From Lingula anatina (lineage: Eukaryota > Animalia > Brachiopoda), in contig CM120640.1 of assembly GCA_051362555.1 (NCBI GenBank), forward strand, positions 44,804,788 through 44,868,787: a DNA stretch of 64,000 bases, in the 5' to 3' direction. The translations under genes were made by a program, and so were the position numbers. Positions 50,752 through 64,000 of the stretch are shown one piece after another (position 1 is the stretch's first letter; every line of letters begins with the position of its first letter). The notes under the pieces were generated by a model. That model ran no database searches. It was not told the origin of the DNA and saw only the letters and a list, made by a program, of their open reading frames with translations.

Positions 50752-50757
50752 AATAAA
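50752..50757 (+). terminator. Candidate DEAF1 polyadenylation signal
   Basis: AATAAA ~580 nt after the stop with a downstream TGTGTTTTT element. Confidence 0.45.
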
Positions 50758-51346
50758 CCTCATTCAAGGAAGGGATCTTGTGTTTTTAAGTGCACTTTGA
50801 CTTTTATGTATTAATGATTTCTTCTTTATTTTTTGGAATTGCTACATTTTTAGCATTTTAAAAGAGGAGTTAATAATTACTTTATACAATGATGAAACTT
50901 TTCAGTCATGAAATTGTCGAGTATTAATAGACTGGCCTTCTGTGCCATATCGCCTACGTTCCCCATCTCCACATTAGAACTTTCACCAAAAATGCGTCAG
51001 TTGAGTTGTAAACAAGTTATTGCTTCAGTGTATTCGCTCAACCAACACAATGTTTTGATTGTTAAAAACGAAGACCACGTATACCGCTTAAGCAAGTAAA
51101 TAAATCCTCAATGTCGGCTAATATCTTCTAATAATAAGTCCTAAATTGACTCTATCATATAGAAACAAATTATGAATGTAATTATGTGTGTGATTTAACT
51201 GCTTATACAGCAATAAACGGTAGTTTATTAATCTCGTTCCAGGCAATAAAGTTCAATATTCTTATTTTTGTAATGCCCACATGGCCGGTCAGTTGCTGCT
51301 GTTTGTTGTTACGGTAGAATAAATCATCAATATCCTTCCAGGAGAC

Positions 51347-52548
51347 ATGGAGCTTGGTCATGGAAGGTTGCGTCGAAACGGAATCAATGTACTCACGAGC
51401 GGTAAGTACTACATGTTCGTTATACTTGTCTAAACGCAACATGAACTGATATTGTTTTTTTGAGTGGAGTGCTCACAGACTTGCGACTGTATTTATTTAG
51501 ATATATGTAAGATGCACGTAGTGTAACTCTTCGGACTCTGTGTAACTTACAATAAGTTGCACAGAATTCTAGACGTTAGAAAAACACCCCGGTAGTTGCA
51601 CTGCAAGGTCTGTCATACACACAGTGTCAGTTAAAGAAGGACAGTTATTCAAGAATTGCTATATGTAATGTAATATCAGTTGAAATTTAATAAATAAATT
51701 AATTAATTGTAATTAAAAAAAAAGAAAAAAAAAAACAGTTGATTCCAGGAGAAATCTATCTGTAGTATAGAGTGATAGCATAGAAGTTCATTTTATTGAA
51801 AATATGGTCATCTTTCAAATTAAATAGAAATCACTGAAATGTGCTAGGTACCTATAGCCTGTGTAAAATTAAAAATCAATAGTAAATTATTCACATCGTG
51901 TAGCTTTGGGACTGATGAAAGGTATAGTTCTTATAGCATTTTTGAAGGCTTATATTTTTATTTTGTATTTTCACTATTGGGATGGACCAATTTAATAAAT
52001 ATATTGACAAATCGTAATGAATTTCCTAGTTGGTGTAAAATTTTAAGTTTTTTTTTTTTTTTTTTTTTGTGCAAAGTTGCATGTAGTTACCATGAAATAC
52101 ACGAACACACATACACATACATGTGCAATAACTGATGCACTAACGGTGACTTCATTTAACTTGTAATACAGTGTAAGGACCCATTTCTATAGACGTTCAA
52201 CATAGATCATTCCAACTCTCGCTGAGTGCAATCAGCTTAATTGAAGAACATTTCCAACATACTGGTATAATCACCAGCTTTTCTATATTACATAAAATAC
52301 CAGGAAGCATGTGATTCAGTTAATCTGATCATACTCAGCAACAGTCGCTGCAGAGTTGGATCAATCATAGAAGTATATAAAGAAAGTACATAGACTTATG
52401 GTGTCTAGTAAATCGGTCAATTACATATGTTTTATCATATTTTAGGAGCAAACTTTAAATGTCCTTTCATCAATAATTATCCTATACTATTTTTAGTATA
52501 GTTTATTACTCATTTGGTTCATTCGACAAGATATAATTATAGGAACTA

Positions 52549-52605
<57 letters not shown>

Positions 52606-55600
52606 CAGCATGTATATATACAGATGCTCTCTGTGATGCAAGTGCACACATAAATATATATTCAGAATTTTCAGAATCTAAATGAATGGAAAAAGGTTCT
52701 AGCCTAACACCTTTTAGTGTTTTGATGCCCTTCATGTGCAAGAGTACTGTTTAACTCTTATGTTAGTTTAGGAATGAATGAGGATTTGTTTGCATTTTGT
52801 GTGAGCGTGTCTTCCTTCATATTTGCAAACAGCTTACCTCTGTAACTTCTAACTTCAGATTACAGTGTAAATAATTTTATTGATTGAACAACCACAAAAG
52901 TAAGAGCTATGCGCAGTTACAATGAAATTTAGCTTAAGACACTATTACAAGAATGTATGGGGTGTGTTATGGATGCCAGGCTTATGGTCTATTAGTCTGC
53001 TCTGTGAGAGTTTTTGTCAAATTTTTTCTATACTAATGGAACACATTACCTGTAAACCAGGTGAGTTGAACAAAGAACTTAAGTGAAGATTTGTTAAAAA
53101 GATTGAGAAAGTAATTTCCTGTGGAAATCATAAAGCTATTTCTACGAACAACTGCTTCATGTACTGCAGGAGGGGAAAAGAAAAGAATCATGATTTCTAA
53201 AGTGGAATTTTGCCCATTTTGTGATAATCATCTGGAAAAATGCCATTCGAAAAAAAAGGCAGTAATACAGTTGATATGAATCATGTAGTAAAAAGCAGGC
53301 TATTAAAGGTCTGGTGGTAAAGAATAAAAAATCTTGATCTATTGAGACTGCTCAAAACATGTGACTATATTTGAGAGAGTTTTTTATTACCCAGGTAATT
53401 TAAAACAGCAGTGATCACTCCCATTGCTGGTTTACCACTCCCCACTTAGAATGTACCCTGAACCATAACCAAGAGGTCAGCAAATTTGTGTTTAAATAGA
53501 ATCAGTCACCCTTTTCCATCCTAGTTTCAAAGGAAGCATCTAGCAGTTCTAGTGCTTGTGTTGTTAAACATCGTTCACTGGATTATCGTTCATTGGATCA
53601 AGGTTATGTGATGTCTCTTGGTAAGTTTTATTTTGCTGTTTAGTGATGCTTTTTGATAGATTAAGAACTGGCAAATATATTTATACCAAATGTGGAACTA
53701 GATCATTTTTTCAAAAAGACTAGAAGACCAGCAGGGACTGATAGTTACTTTCACTGTACTAGTTGAGATTTGGCTAGTGCTAGCATTATGTATACTTTTC
53801 TCTTTTAATGGACAAAGTTATTTTATCTATTACTATTGGATATGATGATTCTTTATCTTCTCTTATATTTTTTAGAATTTTTTCAAGTTTTTCGGGGTGT
53901 TTGGTTTCAAGGTGCAATGTTAGATATGCCCAACACACTGCAAGAGTGTTACACATTCCCATGACTAGTTCTAAAATATTGGGGAAATAATGCAAGTTCC
54001 CTTGGAAAGATATGCATTCCTTCAGGGGAAAGTGGGCAAACTTGCCCTCTGTTTGTCACTTAAACAATAAGCTGATATTCCTTCGAGACATTTTCATTAT
54101 GTTTCACATAACACAAATATGTGGAGTGAGTCATTTAATTTTAATAGCAAAGCTAGATCTAGTTTAAGATGATTGTGGAATTTTTGAAAGATAAATTGAT
54201 ATCATCCTATGTCATAAGAGCTGACCTTATCAGGTATACCATAAACTGATACAAAAGGATGATTACTTCATCTTTCAAATTAACACATTGTATGTACTGC
54301 TATGTAATTTTCAAGAAATAAGAGTATGTGATGATTTAGATTGGATGTCACGTACACACACAAGTAGCTTCCTTTTGCTTTAACTATCTTTAGGTATTTA
54401 TGAATGTTTATTGAAGATGAAATACCTGCAGAACCACATATATAATTGTAATACACTAGGTAATCCCAATCCTTATGTATTCTATCCAAAAGCTGAACAG
54501 TGTATGCATACCGTCTTTAATGTAGAAGAATAGGGAAAATGTAACCTTTGTCTATCAGAACAACATCTTGCTATATTTTCTATAAACGAATATTCTAGGT
54601 CCCAGGTATGTCAACTGTGCACAGTGATATTGATGTATACACACTAGATGAATACATTTTGGTGGGCTGTAATTTTGAGCCTTTGTCGAGAAAAAATATA
54701 TTTGTGTGACCTGCATTAGGAGTCCATTTACATCACAGGTAGAACCTTCTAGAGGCTGATATAAAGCTTAAGTGGAATGAAAAATATTAGTGGGAGCCCG
54801 TATTTCAGTATAGGTTTACTTGTGCCAGCCTATGGTGTGAATTATGAAGATGGATTCATGGGGGTTTGAAAAATTGTTGGTCAGGAGATACCTTGATGTT
54901 TTTTATTTACTAGTAATTACCTAGTGACTACCCTCAATCTTGTGTTTTGTTTGAGGGAACCTTGGGGGTAAATATTCAGATATTTTCCCCAAACCCAGGT
55001 GTCATTAAGTTTACTAATTTTGAAAAGGTGCTTCATTAGGAGATTTACGATATTAATTCACTTGTAATACTAGTGAAAATACTGGGCACCTATTTAAAAC
55101 TCATTTTATGGTTGAGGGGGTATACTGGCAGGAGTCATGTTCATATACATGTACATCCTGTTTAAGTCAAAGATATGATTTTTCCACAAAGTAGTGCTTC
55201 ATTAGAAAGAAATATTTAAAACAGATCCAATTAATCCTTAGTTGAGAAAAATTTACCTTTGGTCTAAATAGACTAAAATTTTCTGTCAGTTGGGACTCAT
55301 TCAGCCAGGTACTTAATGTGAAACTGGCCCTGTTTGGTTGTAAATGCCACTTAGGCCTGCCAGTGGATTAGTTTATCACTTATTTTCCACCCTGGATGTG
55401 GTCCTTGTCAACAAAAGAAATGTCACATAGGTTTGTGAGAAGTGACATTAATTTGTCTCTGTTGAATTTTCCTCATCATCTAAAATGACCAGGGCTCGTC
55501 AACACATGTCCACTATAAAAGTGACTAATTGATGACCAAATGTGTTCTGGTGAAAAGTTCAGAGTTGTTGTTAACTTTGAGGCTTAACATTTTAGACTAT

Positions 55601-58600
55601 TTTGATTCAAGATAAATCTGTAGTACTAGTAGTCTTCGTACAGCAACTGTTGTTTTAAGGTATTGCTGTAGCTGTTGCTTGTATTCTATTCATCTTTGGT
55701 GGACTTCTTAACCCTTATTAACCCTTGGTGAAAATAAGTTATATTTTTATGTTTAAAGAAGATATGACCAGTTTTGAACTTTTCTGTTTGTGTGTGTGTG
55801 CACTGAGAAGCATATATTCTGTTTTATTAAAATTATCCCTTTTTTAGATATTCATGTTATACATTACATTTCAAATAGGTACATTTCAATTAGATGTTTT
55901 TAAACAAGTGTCCATGTCACACTCAAGAGCCTTTTATTTCCCTTATACAAATGAGAAACCAAGTACAAGTTATGTAAAGTAGACTCATATCACAGTTGCT
56001 AGTAGATTCAACAGATATCAAGTTGTTCCAAGTAATTTAACTATAACATGTAGTTTCTAAATTACAAAATATATATATATATATATTGGAAACACGTGTG
56101 TATGTCTTTTATCCTGAATATTTTTAAAAGATTGTTATGTGCAGGTGAACTTTTGATACTCATTTTCCTGTCAACTATACAAACATTTATTAAATCTTGA
56201 AAAATTTTATTATTCAACCTTTTCTTTAAGTGGCACAAATGACAACAGTTTTATTACCATTGGTTAATACTATCAGATCATAACAACCTTGTAATTTAGG
56301 TTATGGGCCATACCTCCTTGAGCAAGCAACTTTTGTGCATTTATGGCAAAAATGTCCTGAGTATTGCAAGATGACACCTCAGAAATGAATGTATTTCTTA
56401 AAGTTTGTATTAAACAAGGGTAATTTTTATGCAGTGTGCACTAAAGTTTGATAAGTTAATGAATGAATATTTAAATAATTTATTTGAAAGATTTATGTTA
56501 TAATACATTATGTCATAAGTGTGTTATCGCCAGTGAGTCAGGAAAATTGAAGTCTTTGAATAAGACTTTTATGTCAGATGGATTTTAAAAAGTTTAAAAC
56601 ATGCAAATAATTTATATCAAAAAAGGATGATGATGATGATGATGATGCATAATAGGGGTAAAAAGTGTCACTTGCTGTAATTATCTGTTGACTGATTAAA
56701 ATTGATGGAGAATCTATTACACATAAATCAGTCCTTTTACCCCTGGGAGGAGGGACAGTCACAAATACCATGAAATATGAATAACAATGTACTGTTCATG
56801 ATTGCCATTGCTTTACAGACACAATATATGCATGTGTAAGACTGTAAGTTGGAAAGAACTTGTCAGTTGAAGTATTTGAAATATGCCAGTCAGACTGCTA
56901 CATGTAGTTCACTCTCAGTTATGGTTTTGTTCATGTGTAAGCTTGAAGCTTTTAGGACTTTTTTTTAAATTTCCAATTTGTTTGTATTGAAGTGGCACAG
57001 ACCATGCATGTGACTCAAGATTTTTTATGCCCCAGAAAGTTTATTTTTAGTTTATTTTCAGCAATTCACCCCAAACATGGCCTGGCTTGGACAGATGGGA
57101 AAAGTGTCTTCTTGGTCCCGATAACCCTGGTGGTCGGAAATGCAGAAGGGGAGAAGTCTTTAAAGCTTGGAGAGTTTGAGTAAGTTCCACAGACTTTGTA
57201 TTTAAGTTTTTTAATATGCTGTAAACTCCAGGTAGGAGGTGTCTGTAAAAGAAAACATTCTACAGCAATGAAACATTTAATGAAGTCTAAATGATAGTTT
57301 TAAACGTGAGAAATGTGTCTCTCTGTGTGTGTCAATCATAAGAATGTCATTGAAGTTTTTAATCTTTGGTACATTATTTCCAGTGCAGGTATGGTTTGAA
57401 TGAATTATTTAAGATATATGTGTGTATAATTTGAAAGTAATATATTGTAATATACCATGTGTTAATCTATTAACAGGTTTTAAGTATTACGAATAGTTAT
57501 ATGTAGTGATTTATTGGCTAGTAAAATAAACAAACTGCTTTGAAATGATGTCAGTTATAGTGTCCTGTTTAGTTCAACATTCCAGAGCATGAAACTTTGA
57601 ACTTTTTTAGCGTCAGAGCTTGTATTGTTTCTAAGACCATTAGCATTGGCTAAAGACGGTATATAGTGAGTTTTGCCAGGCATTTTTGTCATAAGTGATG
57701 CATGTTGAAAAAAAGGTATTTTGTCATTAGAAAATGGTGGTATTTTGTTATGATATTGATAACAAAAAAAAAACCATCCCTAGGTTAATATTTGCTTGGT
57801 GTTTAAAGTAACAGTACAGTTGCCCAGTATTCACAGTAACTTTTTTAGTAGGCAAGATAAGTTCTAAAATGAAAGCCAGTCTGAAAAGTTGTTCTTACCA
57901 ACATGAATATCTTTTGATGTGTGATGTCCTTTAATTGCCCACAAAAAAGTATTCAGTTGGAATTTGTGTAAATGTGCGTCACAATAAGGTGTCTGTTTAC
58001 AGGGTAGATGCACAATGATAGTTTTGTGCTAGGAAGAATAGCCTTGTGTTAGTTTACTTTAAGGATAAACTGCCTGGTGTCAGTAAGTAAGCATTTTTTT
58101 TTAAATTTTAGAGCAGAATATTTGCTGGAAGAAAAATTCATCAACCACAATTCTTTTTTTATATTGAATAATCCCTGTCATTCATCATAAAGAACTTACA
58201 TTTGTCATAGAAACAAATTAGTAAGACATGTTCATAAAAGCATGTTTTTTATCCATCTTTAGATGTTTTCCAGAAAGCAATGGGAATTTGGTTTGACCCT
58301 AGATATACTTAAGATTTTATTGAACTTGAGTGATGTAAGGTCAAACAGTCCAGGTGCAGGAGTAATTAAGTCTTTGTTCATAATTCATGGTTTATGTAAT
58401 ACCACACTATGCTGCCTACCTGGTAAAATGAGTGATCACGCTGCTTTAATGCACCTTAGGCAATGTTCTTATTTGAAATGTGTGTCCCAAAAGAAGTTGA
58501 CAAAAACATGATAATATATAGCAGGGTGTATGTCTGTGGGAAAATGACACCAAAAACTGATGAATCAAGTCTTGGTGAAGGTGGCAGATAAAGTATGGAC

Positions 58601-61600
58601 AAGTCAAACCTTTGGTTTCATTTTAATTCCACAATGTTTTTACTTCACAGCCATTAATGTCTATTGAATGTATGTTAACCTGCTTGTATTTAAATAATCA
58701 TCTATTTTTTCAGCAAATTATAGAAATCACATTTGATTTTTTTTCATTTATGCTTCAGTCAGAGCCTTGCCTGCCCTGTGCATATTTAGGTATTGGTTCC
58801 CTTTGTTTTCAGGTCATTTGCATTATTACTAATTACAGATTAAAGCCTGTTGAGAATTGTAATGGTGATAACTGTGCAATCATTTTGAAAACCTCTACCT
58901 CTTTCATTTATGAGCTAGGAAAATTTCTAACAGTGAAATTAAAAAATGCAAACTATCCCATTTTTTAGTTAATCTCTGTGCATTTTTCAGGCATGTTGAA
59001 AGTCTTCACTGGAGCCATGATGTTCTCCCCAGTGCCTGCTACCTGTGTGTAGTCCACCAGCAGACAGTGTCCCTGTGGTATGTGGAGGGACAGGTCCCAC
59101 AGCTCAGGATTAAACAAGTTAGGAAAATTAATGCTACTCCTTTATCCAAAGGTTAGTATTTGATAATAAAATAAGCCCCCTTTCAGTGAGACTGACGTTC
59201 TACACAGTTTTCCCATCACACTATTATTATCATTATGCTTACTAAGCTGTTAGCTGATATTGTTTCTTGTACTAGTTTGTTTATGTCTTGGACATAATTT
59301 GTCCATGTTTCTGTCAAGTTATTTGTAGTTTATATTGACTTACTGATAAGGCATCAGGGTTTGGACCAGTGTGTTTTGTAACCAGGGTTCACAGCTTGAA
59401 CTTAATATACATGTTAAATAGATACAAAAAATTATTTTTCTCTATGAAAAATAATATAGTGCGTATAAAACTGCATAGTTGTAAACAAAAAGGCAGAGAA
59501 ACATTAAATATTCAAATTTGTAAGAACAAGGAAGTTGGCATGCAAATTAGTTATACACCTTTTGAAGCAAGGAAAATAATTGGATACCTACGAATTTAAG
59601 TAAAATTTCATTTGTTTGCCCCTTTGAGATGGAGCTTCTTCAAAATGATAGCCTTATCTTTGACAATGTGCACTTAGAATCATAAAGAGGGCATAATTGC
59701 ATTATTGCATGAAATTGCTCTTTTATAATATGTTACAAGATGTGACTTCAAAATGTTTGGGTTGTTTTGACATTTACATGATCTATTACTTACTATCCAT
59801 CTGGTAATTTTTAAGTTTAATATTTGAAAATGCTCAACTCATCTCAGTCATTTTTGAAGTCAGTATTTTCGACACTCTTTCTTACCATGCTCCAAGAAGC
59901 ACATCGTACTAGATGGGGACTTCAACTTTACAGTGGAATAAATATAATATGTGCACTTCTATTCATTTTCATGTGACTGATGCTGGTAGACGGCCGATTG
60001 AACATTTAATATGGCTGCATCACATTTCATAAGAAATAGGTCTACTCACATATTGCACTTGTTTCAAAGTCATTAAACCTGAAATAATTTCACTTATGAT
60101 TTGCCATCTAGGCACTGGATATTTGGGTTTGGTTGGAGTTGTAGACCTGCTTGTCTGCTGCTTCCCTCTTGCATCAAAGCATGATCATGATGATGTTTAC
60201 CTGTGTAAATGCCACTGATCAAGTTACCTGTATTTTTATTGAGTAATTTGGATTGGTATTTATATGTAGGCTTTGTTTTGAGAGGCGGGGATAAAATGTA
60301 TGTAAAATGTTAAGGATTTATCAGCAAGTTTAAAAAGAAAATGTTAGAAAATAGTGAAAAAAATGTAAAAATAATGCCTTGGGAGATGTCAGGACATTTA
60401 CTTCCTGATGTAGATAGTAGCATTAGCGAATGCTCAAACAATAACTTTTCCTGAGAGTACATGGTTGAGACTACAAAGAACCCTTCAGATAGGCAATATT
60501 CTCAGGAACTATATTCTGTATAAAGGACTATTTCATTAAATTATATTGCTATTCAGTCAAAAATAAGACACTCATAGTATGAAGCAAAATGTCATTGAAT
60601 TTTAATGAACAATGTTGGAAAAATTAAAGTTACAAATGGAAGCTCAATATATATATTCTGACAAAATTATATTTATATTTTTGTTGTCATGCAGATTTAA
60701 TGATGGAATTAACTGAAAATATTTTGCAATGAGATATGTGTGAGCAACATTCTGGTTCAGTTATTTGCAGAATAAGCAGTCCTGTATAAAAACAGCGGTA
60801 TTTCATCTTTATTTCAGGTTGTCTTTGGAATCCTGGCCGTGACATCTTGTGCCTTGTCAACAAAACCCAAGTCAGTTTCTACTTCAGACACACAAAAAAT
60901 AAGGGTAGCTTTGCCCTCCCACCTATTGAAATGTAAGTAAAAGAGAGTCCAATGTATTACTTATAATTAGTCAGTCAGTTGTGTCTCACGATACCATACC
61001 TCTTGTGAATTATCCTTGTAAAAGGGCAAAGTTTTAACCTAAAAGAAATCAATTTTACTTAGTTTTAAGGAGTTTCGGTAGTCTTCTATTAGAAAAAATT
61101 CCAAAATTAGATGAAATATATAAAGTAAATTAATAAATATAATTTGTATATCAGTTTTATAAATGCCATAATACTTTTATTACTTTTTTATGTATTCTAC
61201 AGATGATTAAAAGTTTACTTAATTTTTCTAATACCTTAACAGTTTAAACTTTTTTTGTACTATTTATGTTGTGTAATATTTTGATTGATTTTTCAACGTA
61301 TTATTACAGAATGATATAATTTTGTCTCTCACTTTTGATTTATTCAGTGGTAAGATCAGCTGTGGAGCTTGGGCACAAGATGGCAGAAAGATGGTTTTGG
61401 CAATGGAGAACACATTACTGGTATGTAGAGAGATAGTACATTATACCTATACCACAGTGAGACAAGAAAAAATACAAGTGACTTCTTGTGAATTTGCCTT
61501 CATAATTGTTGCCCAAAAAATGTCAGTGTGTAATTAAAGCACTCGTCATAACTTGTGGTGGTGATTGGGGTATTCTCAATACTCTCGATATTCTTAGAAA

Positions 61601-63728
61601 CGCTACATGAACTAATGAAAGTTCCGTATGGTCAAACTAGCAAGGAATATTGGTCAGTTGCAAGTAAATATCTATATATGCTATAGTTTTCCATAGTTTT
61701 TTTCAGTTATATCAAATCTTAAGTCTAGGTTGACTAAAATAAATAAAATAAAAGTGAATAATAATAAATGATTATGCATTACTGCTAGAGATATTCTTTT
61801 TTTTTCATTCCTCAGTGAACATAGGCACAGAATTTTTATATCTTCACATATAATAATGGGTATATAATATTATTGATGTACACAGTGTTTTTATCACTCA
61901 GGTGTACAAGTGGAAAGACATAGACAAGTCCATTAACGAGGTGGATGTACTTCACTGGACAGTCCCAGGGTAAGTTGATAAAATTGAATGTTTGTCAAAA
62001 AAATATTTATTCCATGAGTGTTCATGGATATGATTGTGCAATGGAACTTGGTTGCAAAATGCTTTAATGTATGCAAGGCTCACCATATTGAATAGAAATT
62101 AGTATAATTTTAGTAAAATTTCTTAATGTTTACTTGTTTACAAGAAGTATCTTATGAAAGAAAACCTGATATCACTTGATCATCCACAAATTATTGCATT
62201 ATTTTGATTTAAAAAACACTCCAATTTTGAATAGACTTAAACTGAGATAAGTAACAATTACACTGACATGACATTCTGGTTCAGAGAGGCTGTTGTGCAC
62301 ATTCCTTTGAACATGTTAATTTTACATTTGTGAAAATCCCCATTTAGCTCTGCATTTTGTATAACAACCAGCTGTTGCTAATGGTGTAATTAGAGTATTT
62401 TAACAATATGCACAGATTTTAAACACAGTGGTATCTTTTTATAGCAGCTTTTAGTGTTTAATATAGAATATCATAGGTAACATTGACCTTTTTTGATTCT
62501 GTCTAAATCTTTTAATATGATTGCATAAGACTGTATAGAATAGAATACAAATTCAGTTTCCTTGCCCTTTGTTAAATGTCACCTAATCTTGTATTCACAG
62601 AAAAAAGGGAACAGATGATCCACATATACACCTATATTTAATAGTGTAAATCATTTCTGAAGATACTTTGTCAGATATGTGATCATTGTGCCTCATGGAT
62701 AAAAAAAAGTTTTAAGTTTTCCTCATAAAAAATACACTTCACTTTACACTAACTATCCTCAGACAGGATTTGTTTTGATTTAGTAATTTTTTAAATCATA
62801 TTTAATCAATCCAATGACATTTTTCTTTGCAGTCTTGAAGGAACAATTTGTAGCCTGGTGTCATTGACAGCTAGCCATATCGCTTGCACAGCAGAAATTC
62901 CCTTGGAGGTAATACTAAAGTCAGGGCCAGCAGACCTGTTCAAGGTACCAGGTAAGTAACCTGGCAGATGTCGTTTAGGTGTCATATAGTTGGGGCTGCT
63001 AGTTCAGTGCCTTTAAGCTGTACATGTTAATAGTGCAGTTGTGGCTGTATATGTAGTCACCTCCTGTTGCACTGTCCTTGGTCTCTTTTTTGCTACCGTT
63101 GTAATTTGATTACAGATAGTTTGGCCTCAAGCTCACTGGAATTACCTGTATATGTGGAATATATATAGCTAATAAAGGACCTTTGTTGGTTTGACATGAA
63201 TTTATAGTTTCTAGACAGTTAAATGGATCAACACTTTCTTGTATTTTGATGAATAATTTTTAATATGTGTTAGAATATAAATGTATATGCTGTAACAACT
63301 GAGTTTTTTTTTTAATTTGACACTTTGTTTTCAGATGCCCCAAATGAAGTTACCAGTGAATCTTTGACAGATTCTGAAGAAATACTTCAACCAAAATTAA
63401 ATTCAGATACAAAGACTGCAGATAAGCTATTCTGCTTGGAGACAAATAGCCAAGTATGTTGTTATTGAATAATTGTTTGAAAGAAATGCACAAAACATTG
63501 AAATAGCACAGTTTAGATGTTATTTTTATCAGTTTTTGTCCTAATGTGCCAATACATATTTTTTATTTTTAACACATAGCTTTGATTATTATTGCATATC
63601 AATTTCAGAAAATCCATGACATATCTCAGCTATTAGTTGTGAGCATTGAATCTCGGACTGGTGAGCCTTTGAGGCTGATGGGAGCTGATCTAAAAGGAGT
63701 CTTGTCGCCAGACTTGCTGTACTTTGAG
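51347..63728 (+). CDS. WDCP: WD repeat and coiled-coil-containing protein (C2orf44 ortholog), 5' part; continues beyond the window
   Basis: Exons 51347-51401 (MELGHGRLRRNGINVLTS), 57062-57179 ([13 protein letters not shown]), 58991-59151, 60818-60932 (GCLWNP), 61348-61420 (GKISCGAWAQDGRKMV), 61902-61969, 62833-62951 (AEIPLE), 63335-63453, 63609-63728 (GVLSPDLL). Matches my recollection of the human WDCP N-terminus ([31 protein letters not shown]). Confidence 0.85.
52178..52418. mobile_element. Degenerate second copy of the fold-back MITE, in WDCP intron 1
   Basis: Shares CCATTTCTATAGAC, CAACTCT...GCTGAGTGCAATCAGCT, ACTCAGCAA...GCAGAGTTG and ATGGTGTCTA with 35708-35943. Confidence 0.55.
52551..52603. 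repeat. (CA)n microsatellite
   Basis: Read directly. Confidence 0.95.
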
Positions 63729-64000
63729 GTATTTGAGAATAGGGATTGCTGATTCTGAGAGAATATAAGTTGTTGTAATATAAGGTTGCCTTTAGTTTTA
63801 TGGCATAAAGTTACACGAAAAAATGTTGTAGAGGAATAGTTTGTGGGATGGAAGACATGCTCTCTGTTGAATTTAGGAAAGGTTTTTAATTTTTTCTTTT
63901 ACTTACCAGCCATTATATTTTGCATGGTGCATATGCTGAAGCCCAACTTGTGTTAATTGATTTTTGACAATTCAGTGGCTAATTTCATTGTTTTTGCATT

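Noticed and set aside
52900-53620. Cys-containing short frames and GT donors in WDCP intron 1
   Set aside because: No sustained ORF, no MYND pattern and no consistent exon structure.

Overview
AT-rich (about one third GC by eye), intron-rich animal genomic DNA, probably lophotrochozoan/molluscan (inferred from repeat types and gene structure; the species cannot be identified). Four spliced genes were reconstructed by hand: the 3' part of intersectin (ITSN, +; coiled coil, five SH3, DH-PH-C2), a complete PAT1/PATL1 (-), a complete DEAF1-like SAND factor (+) head-to-head with PATL1, and the 5' part of WDCP (+). Introns carry at least three families of non-autonomous Helentron-like (HINE/DINE-type) elements with internal satellite arrays, some nested, plus MITEs. 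The main finding is three homologous phase-1/phase-1 exons (20965-21045, 21776-21859, 27958-28035) that each encode the first strand and loop 1 of the ITSN C2 domain. Only one supplies the first canonical Ca2+-ligand Asp, which suggests a mutually exclusive splice switch of C2 calcium binding. Other notable points: a split-codon T|GA versus T|GG short/long ITSN switch, a DEAF1 that apparently lacks its MYND finger and has a 10-bp-phased TTCG array upstream, and a minimal uORF in front of PATL1. Exon boundaries were read manually with no transcript evidence. Most ORFs in the supplied track are intronic, repeat-derived or exon read-through artefacts.
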